From Squalus acanthias (Eukaryota), in the NCBI GenBank assembly GCA_030390025.1, contig CM059431.1:106208001-106272000 (forward strand): a DNA stretch of 64,000 nucleotides. Reading direction: 5' to 3'. Below are positions 12,251 to 23,430 of the stretch, in pieces. The translations under genes and the position numbers were made by a program. How positions within the stretch are numbered: position 1 is the first letter of the stretch; every line of letters begins with the position of its first letter. Under the pieces are notes generated by a model. That model saw only the letters and a list, made by a program, of their open reading frames with translations, did not search any database and was not told where the DNA came from.

Positions 12251-12869
12251 ATCTTTATCTTAATTGGCTTTCTTTTTAATCCTATTACATGGCTCACAAA
12301 GCCACAATTACCAGTCCAGTCTGAGCCAAAGCCACTTTCAGCGTCACACACACAGTTGCTGTGTTCTGGCGCTCAGTGAAATGAAGTGGAAATTCATTGC
12401 ATCAGCCCTTCCAGTCATACTCGGGGAGTGAAATCCCATCGCCAGAAGAGCCAATCTCTGTTTTTAAGTCAAAACAGGGACACCATTCGCATTCAATTAC
12501 TTTCCAGCTCTCCATCTTCATACAGTGAGCCGGGTTGCAATTTCCAGCCATTACTAACAGGCCAGCTACATTGTGGAGGGCCTTCTGATTTAAAACTGCA
12601 ACCAGTTAGGATTTGATATCTTAAAATATCCAGGCTCACAAATTTCATGCACCTGGGAATTTGAGTTTGATTTTCCAGCTTTATCCAACAATCTAAGATA
12701 CATATTAAGACCCCAATGCGGTATATAAGGATAACATATTACGTGATAATGTAATTTACTATTTTCTGGTCACTTGTCGTGTTAACAATCAACCCTCCGC
12801 ATCTTACATCCAGCAAATAAACCACAACCCATCCAAATAGAGAAGGAAAGAAACAAAGAATGTTCTTCA

Positions 12870-13093
12870 ATAACAACAGAAAACGCTGGAAAAACTCAGC
12901 AGGCCAGGCAACATCCGTGGAGGGAGAAACAGAGTTAACGTTTCAGGTCGAAGTCCCTTCGTCAGAACCTTCGTCTTCGACCTGAAACGTTAACTCGGTT
13001 TCTCTCTCCACGGATGTTGCCTGGCCTGCTGAGTTTTTCCAGCGTTTTCTGTTGTTATTTCAGTTTTCCAGCATTCGCAGTATTTTGCTATTG
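12870..13093. mobile_element. Fold-back Penelope-derived insertion (inverted pLTR pair)
   Basis: 85-bp arms at 12869-12953 and 12975-13059 with 2 mismatches. 15-bp TSD AAAGAATGTTCTTCA at 12855-12869 and 13094-13108. Confidence 0.85.
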
Positions 13094-13310
13094 AAAGAAT
13101 GTTCTTCATTCTTTTCTATAAATTGCACTGTCACTTCTTGCCCATCCTGCTTCACACTGAAGCTCTTCGAAACATGGGCTGCTTGCTTCCTTCCGACACA
13201 ACAATAACATCATTCCTCAAAATTTGCTTGAAGCTTATGGAACCTGTAAAGTTCGAGGAGCCACGCTAAAAGCCCTACAGGAGAGTTAAAGGCTCAAACT
13301 CTAAGATAAT

Positions 13311-13998
13311 GGCCCTGAATTTCCGATCGGAGGCTTCCTGCGGGCAGATGCTTCCGATCCTGGGCCTTTCCTTTTGGAAATGTGCAGAGGCCCACGTATC
13401 CCAGGGGTGCACGTGGCTCGCAAGCACCCCTGGGATCACGTGGGCCAGCTCAACCAATGGAAGAAGTGAATCCCCATTCATACTTTTGACAGGTCCGTAC
13501 GCATGCAACTGTCAAAAGTATGAATGGGGATGACTGCAAAAATGCACCAACACACTGAAATAAATAAATAAAAACCATTACATACATAAAATTAATTAAA
13601 ATATGTTCAACAAAAATTCTATTTTTTGAATTTTTAAAAATGTTTTAATGGGGCTTAATATATTGGACAGGGTTTTTAATTTATAAGTGAGTGATAAAAT
13701 CTTAGTTTTCTATTTTTTAAAATTCTTATGCCGGTAAAAGCAGGCCATACGCCTGCTTTTACCAGACGTAAGAATTCTATGGCCTTTCTGCGGGCGAAAG
13801 TTGAGCAAATAGCGCAACTCTCCACCCGCAGAGGCCCTTCTCCCGGGCAGGCGGAGGATCCGTCAAGAGAATTCCTGACAGATCGGAAGTTCCGGGTTTC
13901 AGTGCATGTGCTTCGCATGCCTAAACCCGGAACTTGCGCGGCCCCTATGGGCGCGTGCGCACCTCGTACGTATCCGTGGGGGTCGGAAATCCGGGGCC
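13311..13998. mobile_element. MITE (Harbinger-type)
   Basis: TIR GGCCCTGAATTTCCGA / TCGGAAATCCGGGGCC; GC-rich ends and AT-rich core; TSD not clear. Confidence 0.7.
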
Positions 13999-14019
13999 AT
14001 CGACACAGTGGCAAGCATA

Positions 14020-14430
14020 AGACTCCAGAGACTTGAGCACAAAACTCTAGGCTGACACTCCAGTGCAGTACTGAGGGAGTGCTGCACTGTCGGAGGTGCC
14101 GTCTTTCGGAAGAGACGTTAAACCGAGGCCCCGTCTGCTCTCTCAGGTGGACGTAACAGATCCCATGGCCACTATTTTGATGAAGAACAGGGGAGTCATT
14201 CCCGGTGGCCAATATTTATCCCTCAATCAACGTAACAAAAACAGATTATCAGGTCATTATCACATTGCTGTTTGTGGGAGCTTGCTGTGCGCAAATTGGC
14301 TGCCGCATTGTCCTACATTACAACAGTGACTACACTTCAGAAAAAGCACTTTATTGGCTGTAAAGCACTTTGGGACGTCCGGTGGTCGTGAAAGGCGCTA
14401 TAGAAATGCATGTCTTTCTTTTTTTCTTTC
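14020..14430 (+). mobile_element. SacSINE1-like SINE lacking the tRNA head
   Basis: Body and tail match 9294-9762. Confidence 0.85.
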
Positions 14431-15297
14431 CTTAAGGGGTGGCAAAAGTATATCTGAAAATAGAAGTACCTAAAAAAAAAAACTAAGAACCATTAACTTT
14501 TCTAGATATAGAATTCACGGTGGTATAACTACGCACAAAGCCACAGGTAAGAATTATACAAGCATTTATGTATTATTTTGATCTTTTACAACAAATTAAA
14601 AAAAACGAACTGAAGTTGTTTAGCTTTTAGCACTCCTTCACCTCCGGCCTTTTTAACAATGAGAGGGAATATAACCGTTTCATATGAGCACTTAGTCCAA
14701 CACAGGATATGGCTACATAATTGAGTATTTGTTTGAGTCAGTTAGCACTACACAAACTCTATTTGTCCAAATAAAATTCTGAATGTATACTGTAACACAA
14801 GCTTCCAATTCTCAGTGAATTAAACTGCATTTAAACAAATTTTGTCATTCCACCCTCTCAAATAACACATTCCCTTTCAGTGCTACTCCATTAAGAGGTT
14901 TTATACTCTGTGTCCTGCCCTCTATACTTTTATCATATTTTAGTTGCAGTCAGTGAAGTTGGGGGTTGGAAATTGGAAGATATCAAAGTACTGCAAAAAT
15001 AAGCATACCACACAGGACAGCTCACAAGTGGTACAGCATGTCAGCAGACTACCCTTCCACCTCGGAACCTGGGTTCAAATCTGGCCTAAACCTTAGGGTT
15101 AAATGTTTTCCTTTCCTTTCTCTGATACCTACAAGAGTCCCCAGTTCCAAACTACCCCCAAATTGATGCAAATTGGCAATCACTCCAGAAAGAATGAAAC
15201 ATTTCCACATTGGGACTCTTCCTCTAAGGTTGGACTTGTGGAGAGTGTTGTTCTAAGGTTTGTGGTTGAGAAGAGGCAGCAGTAATCTGCATTCAAT

Positions 15298-15630
15298 GAC
15301 AGCAATGACTTGCATTTATACAGCACCTTTTAACATAGAAAAACATCACGAGGCGCTTCACAGGAGCGTTATCAGATAAAATTTGACACCGAGTCACATG
15401 AGGAGATATTAGAACAGGTAACCAAATGATTGGTCAAAGAGGTAGGTTTTAAGGAGCGCCTTCAAGGAGGAGAGAGAGGTGGAGAGGCGGATGGGAGGAA
15501 ATTCTGGAGTTCAGGGCAGAGACAACTGAAGGCACGGCCACCAATGGTGGGGCGAAGGAATTTGGGGGTGCACAAGAGGCCAGAATTGGAAGATTGCAGA
15601 ATTCTCAGAGGGTTGTAGGACAGGTGGAGG
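15298..15630 (-). mobile_element. L2 LINE 3' end
   Basis: GACTTGCATTTATACAGCACC..GGTCAAAGAGGTAGGTTTTAAGG. Confidence 0.8.
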
Positions 15631-15735
15631 TTTCATCAACCGGAAACATTCACTCTGTTTCTCTCTCCACAGATGCTGCCAGACCTTCTGAGTGTTTCCA
15701 GCATTTTCTGTTTTTATTTCAGATTTCCAGCATTG
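15631..15735 (+). mobile_element. Penelope pLTR remnant
   Basis: CTCTGTTTCTCTCTCCACAGATGCTGCC..ATTTCAGATTTCCAGCA, as at 55595-55675. Confidence 0.7.
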
Positions 15736-16364
15736 TCTGTATTGTTTTAAGGTACTATACAGCTGTTACAGATAATAGAGACCAATGTACATAATGCATC
15801 GACTGTATTATTATATATAGTTAAAAAAAAAGCCCTCTGACAGTTTTAATTTTGCATTAAGGCAGCATGTGGTCTCAAAGTTCTACTGCGCCACTCAAAG
15901 GCTCAGTGACGAATCTTACAAAAACAACAGAGGTGTAATTAATGATTGACCTTACACTCCTCCACGTCTGTTGAGAAACTGTGGGTTTCCAGCTATAATT
16001 ACACAGGCTGAGATCAATCACAAAAGACTAAAGATACCTTCTGTGCAAAACAGGCCACACTCAAGAATGGCCTACTGGCGTGAAGGACCCCTGGTGTGTC
16101 TGCCATATTGGAATGTGCACAGAGGAGCATTTGCATTTTCCGCTACAGCCTGGAAACAAATCGCAAGATTTCACAGATTGAAACAGGTGATGTTCCTGAA
16201 ATCTCAATTTACATATCGCTGAAAATGCATTGCTGACGCCATATTGTGCACCTGCATTCCACCTCCTCTCACAGTTTTCACTTATAGTGTGAAGGCCGCA
16301 TTACGGACTGCCACTGAGTACAGCAGCTGAGCCGGTTGAACAATTGCCCACCAAAAATCACTTT

Positions 16365-17098
16365 GGGCCAGAATGTCACTGTCAAAATAAAGCTACTGGC
16401 GCTCGCCATTATTTATGCGTAAATGGTAGAGCAACTTCGGGGCGAGGGGCAGATGGGCGATTAAACGCAGAAACCCAAAAGTTGCTGTCCAAGACGTGCT
16501 GCTCCGCTGTTAGCTTCACATCTCGCCATCTGCCTCACCATTGAACTGAACTGAACGGCGTGAAGTTGCTGTATTTGCGTGGTGGATACGAACTAAACTC
16601 GCCACAGATATTTAGGGCTAGTGATTAGTAGAATAATTAGTCGAATAAGTATCCTTTTAATGACATGATCAGTGTTATTGACTGCCAAATCAATCTCACA
16701 TTCAGCAAAACATTTAATATTGTAAGTGTGAAGTCTCATTCCATCAGATTTAGAATTTTTTGATGAAATTTTAAAAATTTCAAATTTTCCTTTCCAATCT
16801 TTCTTTCCCTCTCTTTATTTCTCTTTCTGTACCTGATTTGACAGTGAATTCACCCACTTTAATTTACACTTCCTTCTCAGTCCTTGCACTGTTTATTTCC
16901 CAATCCTTCAATCTGATTGCTTATGGAGATACCCTGTTGGATTGCCCTGTTCACTCAGTTTCCAGATGCCCTGTTGCCCTCGCTGTGCCGTTATCAGCTC
17001 GCACTTTCAGCAATTTTTTGGGCAAAAATGTTTTGAGCTGAAGGGTGCAGGAACAAGGCAGATGCTGTTCGATGTCCTGCTACAGCAGAATCAGGCCC
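16365..17098. mobile_element. Older MITE (Harbinger-type)
   Basis: GGGCCAGAAT / AATCAGGCCC ends; left part related to 49230-49410 and 57634-57900. Confidence 0.55.
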
Positions 17099-17129
17099 AT
17101 TGTATTTTAGTAATACTTTAAAAAAGCTG

Positions 17130-17575
17130 AAGGGGCACCATCTTCGTGGAAACAGTTGGGCGAATGCACGACTTGGAATGGTGCTGGAAGTAGATTCAAT
17201 CGTATCTTTCAAAAGCCAATTGGATCTCTACTTAAAAAGAAAACATTTGCAGGGTTTACATAGGATATATGGCAGAGAAACAGGCCATTCGGCACAACCA
17301 GTCCATGCCGGCGTTTATGCTCCACATGAGCCTTCTCCCGTCTTTCCTCATCTAAATCTATCAGCATAACCTTCTATTCCCTTCTCCCTCATATGCTTGT
17401 CTAGCCTCCCCTTAAATGCATCCATACTATTCGCTTCAACCACTCCCTGTGGTAGCGAGTGCCACAATCTCACCACTCTTTGGGTAAAAGCAGGGAAGTG
17501 GGACTAATTGGAGAGCTCTTTCAAAGGCGCAATGGGTCGAGTGGCCTCCTTCTGTGCTATACGATTCTATGATTC
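17130..17575. mobile_element. Plus-strand CR1 3' end interrupted by a minus-strand CR1 3' end (about 17256-17490)
   Basis: TTGCAGGGT..GCAGGGAAGTGGGAC continuity is broken by a reverse-oriented CR1 tail. Confidence 0.7.
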
Positions 17576-18019
17576 CAAGTGCCTCACCATTTGTTGACAA
17601 ACACACAACACACATTGGTGTCAGTCCGGTCAAAATGTGTCACTGTGTCACTTGTGTGTGAAATCATCACAGTGAAAATTGTGCACATCTCCTTTGTCTC
17701 TTCTCCAACCCCAAATAATGCAAGGTTTGGCAAACAATTTATTTTCACAAAGACAGTGCCTCTTTAAGTTCTAGGTTTTGCCATACCTTCTCTATTCACT
17801 GTAAATTGTAAGGAGTGGGTCACTAGCCCTTATAAACATTAAAATGAGATAATTATCACAGAACCTTGCAATGTGTTAAACACACTATGTACATCATTTG
17901 GGATACAATATTTATTCTGCTCGCTACTGTGACCATTGCAACCTAAGAACAACACAACCATAACCCAACCATCCCCCCCAACCCCCCCTACATCTTTTGC
18001 TGCCCAATGACACAACCTC

Positions 18020-18792
18020 TTGGGTCAACTGTGGCTCATTGGGTAGCACCCTCACCTCTGAGTCAGAAGGTTGTGGGTTTAAGTCCACTCCAGGGACTTG
18101 AGCACATAAAGTTAGGCTGACACTCCAGTGCATTGCTGAGGGAGTGCTGCGCTGTCGGAGGTGCTGTATTTCAGATGAGAACATAAGAACATAAGAAATA
18201 GGAGCAGGAATAGGCCACTTGGCCCCTCGAGCCTGCTCCGCCATTCAATAAGATCATGGCTGATCTAGGGCTCAAAGCCACTTCCCAGCCTGTTCCCCAT
18301 AACCCTTCACTCCCTTATCTTGCAAAAATTTGTCTATCTCCACCTTAAATGTATTTAATGACCCAGCCTCCACGGCTCTCTGGGGCAGAGAATTCCACAG
18401 ATTTACGACCCTCTGAGAGAAGAAATTCCTCCTCATCTCAGTTCTAAAAGGGCGAACCTTTATTCTGAGACTGTGCCCCCGAGATGTTAAACCGAGGCCC
18501 CGTCTGCTCTCTCAGGTGGACGTAAAAGATCCCACGACACTATTTTGAAGAAGAGTAGGGGAGATATCCCCGGTGTCCTGGCCAATATTTCTCCCTCAAC
18601 CAACAAAACAAAAACAGATTATCTGGGCATTTTCACATTGCTGTTTGTGGGAGCTTGCTGTGCGCAAATTGGCTGCCGCATTTCCTTCATTACAACAGTG
18701 ACTCCACTTCAAAAGTACTTAATTGGTTGTAAAGTGATTTGAGACGTCCGGTGGCCGTGAAAGGCGCTATATAAATGCAAGTCTTCCTTCCT
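18020..18792 (+). mobile_element. SacSINE1-like SINE, interrupted
   Basis: Head 18020-18179, body resumes at 18481; GAGA duplicated around the insert. Confidence 0.85.
18180..18480 (-). mobile_element. CR1 3' end nested in SINE
   Basis: Closely matches the reverse complement of 5335-5632 (same young subfamily). Confidence 0.9.
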
Positions 18793-18802
18793 TGTGTTTT
18801 GA

Positions 18803-19040
18803 CCATGATGTGGAGATGCCGGTGTCGGACTGGGGTGGACAAAAGTGAGAAGTCGCACAGCACCAGGTTATAGTCCAACAGTTTTATTTGAAATCACAAG
18901 CTTTCGGAGCTGCTGCCCCTTCGTCAGGTGAAGTGAAGGAATACGAATCGGCAAAGCATATATAGACAGAGAACAATGCCTGTGTAGAGAACAATGTCAG
19001 ACGACTACAGTTAATCTATCTGACTGCCTTTCCCGTCACT
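18803..19040 (-). mobile_element. Penelope pLTR/3' end (type B)
   Basis: Reverse complement of 29241-29457; related to 48840-49056. Confidence 0.85.
18894..18931 (-). ncRNA. Minimal type I hammerhead ribozyme motif
   Basis: tcac CTGACGA A GGGGC agca GCTCC GAAA G CTT gtga: complete core, helix I TCAC/GTGA, palindromic AAGCTT. Confidence 0.65.
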
Positions 19041-19584
19041 GACTCCAAACTGACATTATTTACCATCTTGTACTTTGGTACCTGGCTTGCTTTACTCAAC
19101 ACTCGCTATTGCTATGCATTCTAGTATCACATTTCAACTGAGAAATGGATGCAACATTTAAATAATATTATCCTACTATTAACTTTCTGCGGACTTAAAA
19201 TTGTTTGCCAACCCTTGCAGCATTTGGGGGTTGGAGAAAAAGGCCAAAAAAGAGGTTTGTGCAGTTTTCACCGTGATGATTTCATGCACAAGTGCCACAG
19301 TACATGTTTTGACTTGACTGACACCACAGTTAGAAGGTTCTGACAAATGGACGTTCCATATTAAGATTCAAGATACTTTATTTTTGAAAATGTAGTTTTC
19401 CGATTCACTAATCCTGGAGCTCCCCTATGACAAGTGGATCAATTTTGAAGTTATTCCTTCCGAGCTCCATTAGCTGCCGGTGTCCAATATATCACAACAA
19501 GATATTCAGCAAATCAGCCATTTTCACAATCACACACAAGCATAAAAATTGCTTTTGAAAAACAGCACATGAAAGAAAATGTAA

Positions 19585-20212
19585 GGGGGAAAAAATTGAG
19601 TCGCGCCCCCTTTGGGGCGCTAACTTTGCAAGTAGCGCCCCGAAAAAATTAGCGCACCCCCGCGGCAGGAATTCATTGGTAGCGCCCCAAGAGGGAAGCG
19701 GAGTGCTCCTGGAAGCGCCCACCTCCCTCTTGGGGTGCTGCGAGTGAATATCGCGGCACATCGTGCCGCGGTACTGCAGGCCTTCCTCCCCTTCTTAAAG
19801 GGGAGGGGCCTTGCGCAGTGCGACCCGGGGCCCAGCTGGGCCACCAGGGATCGGAGTGCCGGCAAAAGAGCCCGGCACGCAAGAGAAGTGCTGGGCTCAC
19901 GGAGCGCAGCCGGCACTCCGGTGGGGTGGGGGGCTTCAGAGGAGGCCGTGGACGGCAGAGAGGGAAGGTGCTGGCAGGTAGCCAGCAACAAAAATGGCCG
20001 CCTGGCACCTTCCCTTTAAATAGCGTCGCCCCGGCCGCAGGTAGGCCCCCCTGACCCCGTCGGACATAGCGTCCAGCGGTAAGTCGGGGGGCCACTACCG
20101 AAGATCGGGCCGGGGCGCGAGCGGGGCGCTGCGCACGGCGATGACGTCTTTGCCGGTGGCGCAGCGCCGCGGGGCGCTAACGGGAGGTGCAAAGCAACCG
20201 AATTTTTAGGCC
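19585..20212. mobile_element. PIF/Harbinger-type MITE, CpG-rich
   Basis: TAA TSD at 19582-19584 and 20213-20215; imperfect TIR GGGGGAAAAAATT / AATTTTTAGGCC. Confidence 0.75.
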
Positions 20213-20259
20213 TAAGTGTTTACAAATGTTCAAAGAAATTCTGCCCAGGCTGCGACGTC

Positions 20260-21420
20260 ATGAGTTTCGGGCTACCACGGATGGATTCCTGTTTATATGA
20301 CTATCAGATCTTCAAGCTAGTTGCACAATATCATTGTATCTGTCGTAAAACAGATAAAAGATTAGCATGGAAAATTGAAGCTCATGGGATAAAGGGGAAA
20401 GTATTGACGTGGATAGAGAACTGGCTGTCAGATAGAAAACAGAGAGTTGGAATAAACGGCTCATTTTCTGAATGGCAGGCAGTAACAAGTGGGGTACCAC
20501 AGGGATCTGTCCTGGGTCCCCAGCTGTTCACAATTTACATTAATGACCTGGATCAGGGAGTCGGATGCAGCATTTCCAAATTTGCAGACGACACTAAACT
20601 AGGAGGGGGGGTGGGCTCAGAGGAGGAGACCAGGAAGCTCCAGAGCGATTTGGACAGACTGGGTGATTGGGCGGATAAATGGCAGATGCACTATAATGTG
20701 GACAAGTGCGAAGTTATCCACCTTGGGTGCAGGAACGGGAGGGCAAATTATTATTTAAATGGCAATAAATTGGGAGAGGGGGAAGTACAGAGAGACCTGG
20801 GTGTTCTTGTACACCAGTCACTGAAGGCGAGCATGCAGGTGCAACAGGCGGTCAAGAAGGCAAACGGTATGCTGGCCTTCATAGCAAAAGGGTTGGAATA
20901 CAGGAACAGGGATACCTTGCTGCAGCTGTACAGGGCACTGGTGAGACCACACCTCGAGTACTGTGTACAGTTTTGGTCGCCTCATCTGAGGAAAGATGTT
21001 CTTGCCATGGAGGGGGTGCAGCGGCGATTCACCAGGCTGATACCAGGAATGGCGGGATTGACCTATGAGGAGAGACTATGTAGTTTAGGGATGTACACAC
21101 TGGAGTTTAGAAGATTGAGAGGGGACCTCATAGAAGTGTATAAAATTCTGACAGGTCTAGACAGACTAGATGCAGAAGGAATGTTTCCCTTGGCGGGTGA
21201 GAACAGAACTAGAGGACATAATTTAAGGATAAGGGCTAAACCATTTAGGACAGAAATGAGGGGGAATTTCTTCACTCAGAGGGTGGTGAACCTGTGGAAC
21301 TCATTGCCACAGAGGGCAGTGTACGCCAGCTCATTAAATATATTTAAGAGGGAATTAGATATATTTCTACAGGCAAAAGGGGTTAAGGGTTACGGAGAGA
21401 AGGCGGGGACGGGATACTGA
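20260..21420 (+). CDS. CR1 ORF2 reverse transcriptase, C-terminal part (first ~30 codons are flanking DNA)
   Basis: 386-aa ORF; RT homology starts at KRLAWKI; probably not expressed. Confidence 0.5.
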   Translation: MSFGLPRMDSCLYDYQIFKLVAQYHCICRKTDKRLAWKIEAHGIKGKVLTWIENWLSDRKQRVGINGSFSEWQAVTSGVPQGSVLGPQLFTIYINDLDQGVGCSISKFADDTKLGGGVGSEEETRKLQSDLDRLGDWADKWQMHYNVDKCEVIHLGCRNGRANYYLNGNKLGEGEVQRDLGVLVHQSLKASMQVQQAVKKANGMLAFIAKGLEYRNRDTLLQLYRALVRPHLEYCVQFWSPHLRKDVLAMEGVQRRFTRLIPGMAGLTYEERLCSLGMYTLEFRRLRGDLIEVYKILTGLDRLDAEGMFPLAGENRTRGHNLRIRAKPFRTEMRGNFFTQRVVNLWNSLPQRAVYASSLNIFKRELDIFLQAKGVKGYGEKAGTGY

Positions 21421-21510
21421 ATTGGAGGATCAGCCATGATCTCATTAAATGGCGGAGCAGGCTCGAAGGGCCGGATGGCCTACTCCTGCTCCTATCTTCT
21501 ATGTATCTAT
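20352..21510 (+). mobile_element. 5'-truncated young CR1 LINE
   Basis: Open ORF2 C-half (GVPQGSVLGP, KFADD) to stop at 21420; TCTATGTA tail; possible TSD GTAAAAC. Confidence 0.95.
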
Positions 21511-21828
21511 GTAAAACCTCAGTAGCTCATGACTATCCCCACTGTCGATAAATAACAAGGTATTTGTCCAATTTTGCTGATGTCTACGCGGATACGTGTG
21601 CAACCTGGACACAGATATTATCCTCTGTGCATTATTTTTAAAGAATCCACAAATGCATTTAGAAATAGCACATTTACAGGTTTGTTAAAATTAACACACA
21701 GAGGAAAATATCGATGAGAGTGAGGGTTTACTAAAATGTGCTAAATGCAACCTGCTGATGGCTCTGCTTGACAATGATGACAACAGCACCCCCTATAGGA
21801 GATAGCCAGAGAAACCACCATCATCCAA

Positions 21829-21970
21829 AACATAGGAACAGGAGGAGGCCATTCAGCCCGTCGAGCCTGTCCCGCCATTCAGTTACATCATGGCTGATCT
21901 GTATCTTAACTCCATTTACCTGCCTTGGTTCCGTAACCCTTTCTACACTTACCGAACAAAAATCTCAGTT
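21829..21970 (-). mobile_element. CR1 3' end (third subfamily)
   Basis: ACATAGGAACAGGAGGAGGCCATTCAGCCC motif. Confidence 0.8.
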
Positions 21971-22069
21971 GGTCTATCAATCAAACGCACTTGAATATTC
22001 CCACGCAGATATGTTAGAAATACAGGCTAGAAGTGACAGTTGGTCATATTATTCAAACACTTAACACTC

Positions 22070-22492
22070 TTGTCAACCCTCCAGGATTGTCCCGGCGTAT
22101 CCAGGACTTAAAGATTAATCTCCAGCACACTGCTACAAGCAAACCCAGGGGAGAGAAAATACTTGGGGCATTTCAAAAAACAGGGGCGGGGGGGGGGGGG
22201 GGGAATTGGGTTGGTTTGCGCCTCCCGTTAGCGCCTGGGCGTGGCGCCGCTGACGCCTCCCGCGAAATTCAGCGGGAGGTTAGCGGCGGCGGTAACCGGT
22301 AGCGATGACGTCATCACCGTGCGCCGCGCCCCTTGGTGTTTTATTTTCCCATTGTCCTTGAACACTTTTGTTTATTGGTTCCAAAAATATTGGAGATGGG
22401 ATAAAAGGCTGCTTGACTGGGCGAGGGAGTTGGAGTCGGAAGGTCCTGTGATGAAACCTCCAGGAATCCATCCAGCCAGAGCTGGCAACCCA
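22070..22492. mobile_element. Non-autonomous DNA element with nested MITE fragment (about 22190-22335)
   Basis: TTGTCAACCC..GCTGGCAACCC ends; nested piece matches the reverse of 20120-20200. Confidence 0.5.
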
Positions 22493-22568
22493 ACGCTCAC
22501 ATCAAACTCCTGTCTCTGCTATTGTAGCGGAGCTGTTGAACCAACTAAAATTAAAAACAGTGGGTGAA

Positions 22569-22878
22569 GAACATAGGAACAGGAGGAGGCCATTCAGCCC
22601 CTCGAGCCTGTTCCACCATTCAATTAGATCATGGCTAATCCGTATCTTAGCTCCATCTTCCCGCCTTGGTTCCTTAAGCCTTAAGACACTTACCTAACAA
22701 AAACCTGTCAATCTCAGTTTTGAAATTTTCAATTGACCCCCCAGCCTCAGTAGCTTTATGGGGGGAGATAAGTTCCAGATTTCCACTACCCTTTGTGTGA
22801 AGAAGTGCTTCCTGACATCACCCCTGAACGGCCTAGCAGTAATTTTAAGGTTATGCCCCCTTGTTCTGGACTCCCCTA
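22569..22878 (-). mobile_element. CR1 3' end
   Basis: Same subfamily as 21829, 35602 and 54399. Confidence 0.85.
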
Positions 22879-23430
22879 ACTCTGTTAAAATAGAAGAGAG
22901 GGGAATTAGATCTCAGTACGTTAGGCATTTGTATGATGACATCGCTGACGGTAACTCCTTGGCTCATGAGGTGAGAGTATATCAATGAATCAGTCATTTG
23001 ACCCAGCCTATTCAAATGCTCGTGCCATAAAGCTCTGTTCATAGTGCATGACGAGCATGCATAGTGACAGTAGCATTGATATTTGCCAGTGATACATAGA
23101 TACCCAATTTATGACATTGGTAACATCACCATGTGATGTCCAACATCGTCAATCAAACACCTGCCAACTTGTTGTTTGTAAAATACAAATGTGTTTCGAT
23201 TTTTATTTAAATTATTCAAAAAATATATACATGAACAGATTTGATAGTTTGATCTATGCATGAAAGTTTTCATATGAACATCTCTTGACACTCAAGCCAA
23301 CACCATTCATAAAAAAAAAACACTGCATACTTGTTTCCAACAGTGATTTTACAAACTTCAAGCTTGGTGCTATAAACTCAAATTATTACTGAAATACTTT
23401 GAACTATTCTAAGATGTTTGTTTTCCATGC

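Noticed and set aside
19585..20212. CpG-island promoter and overlapping GC-rich ORFs
   Set aside because: Bounded by a TAA TSD and TIRs, with fragments repeated at 6030, 22200 and 50510; it is a MITE and the ORFs are compositional artefacts.
22184..22203. Poly-G runs as G-quadruplexes (also 36721, 41857, 43848)
   Set aside because: Simple homopolymer slippage, mostly within repeats, and length may be assembly error.
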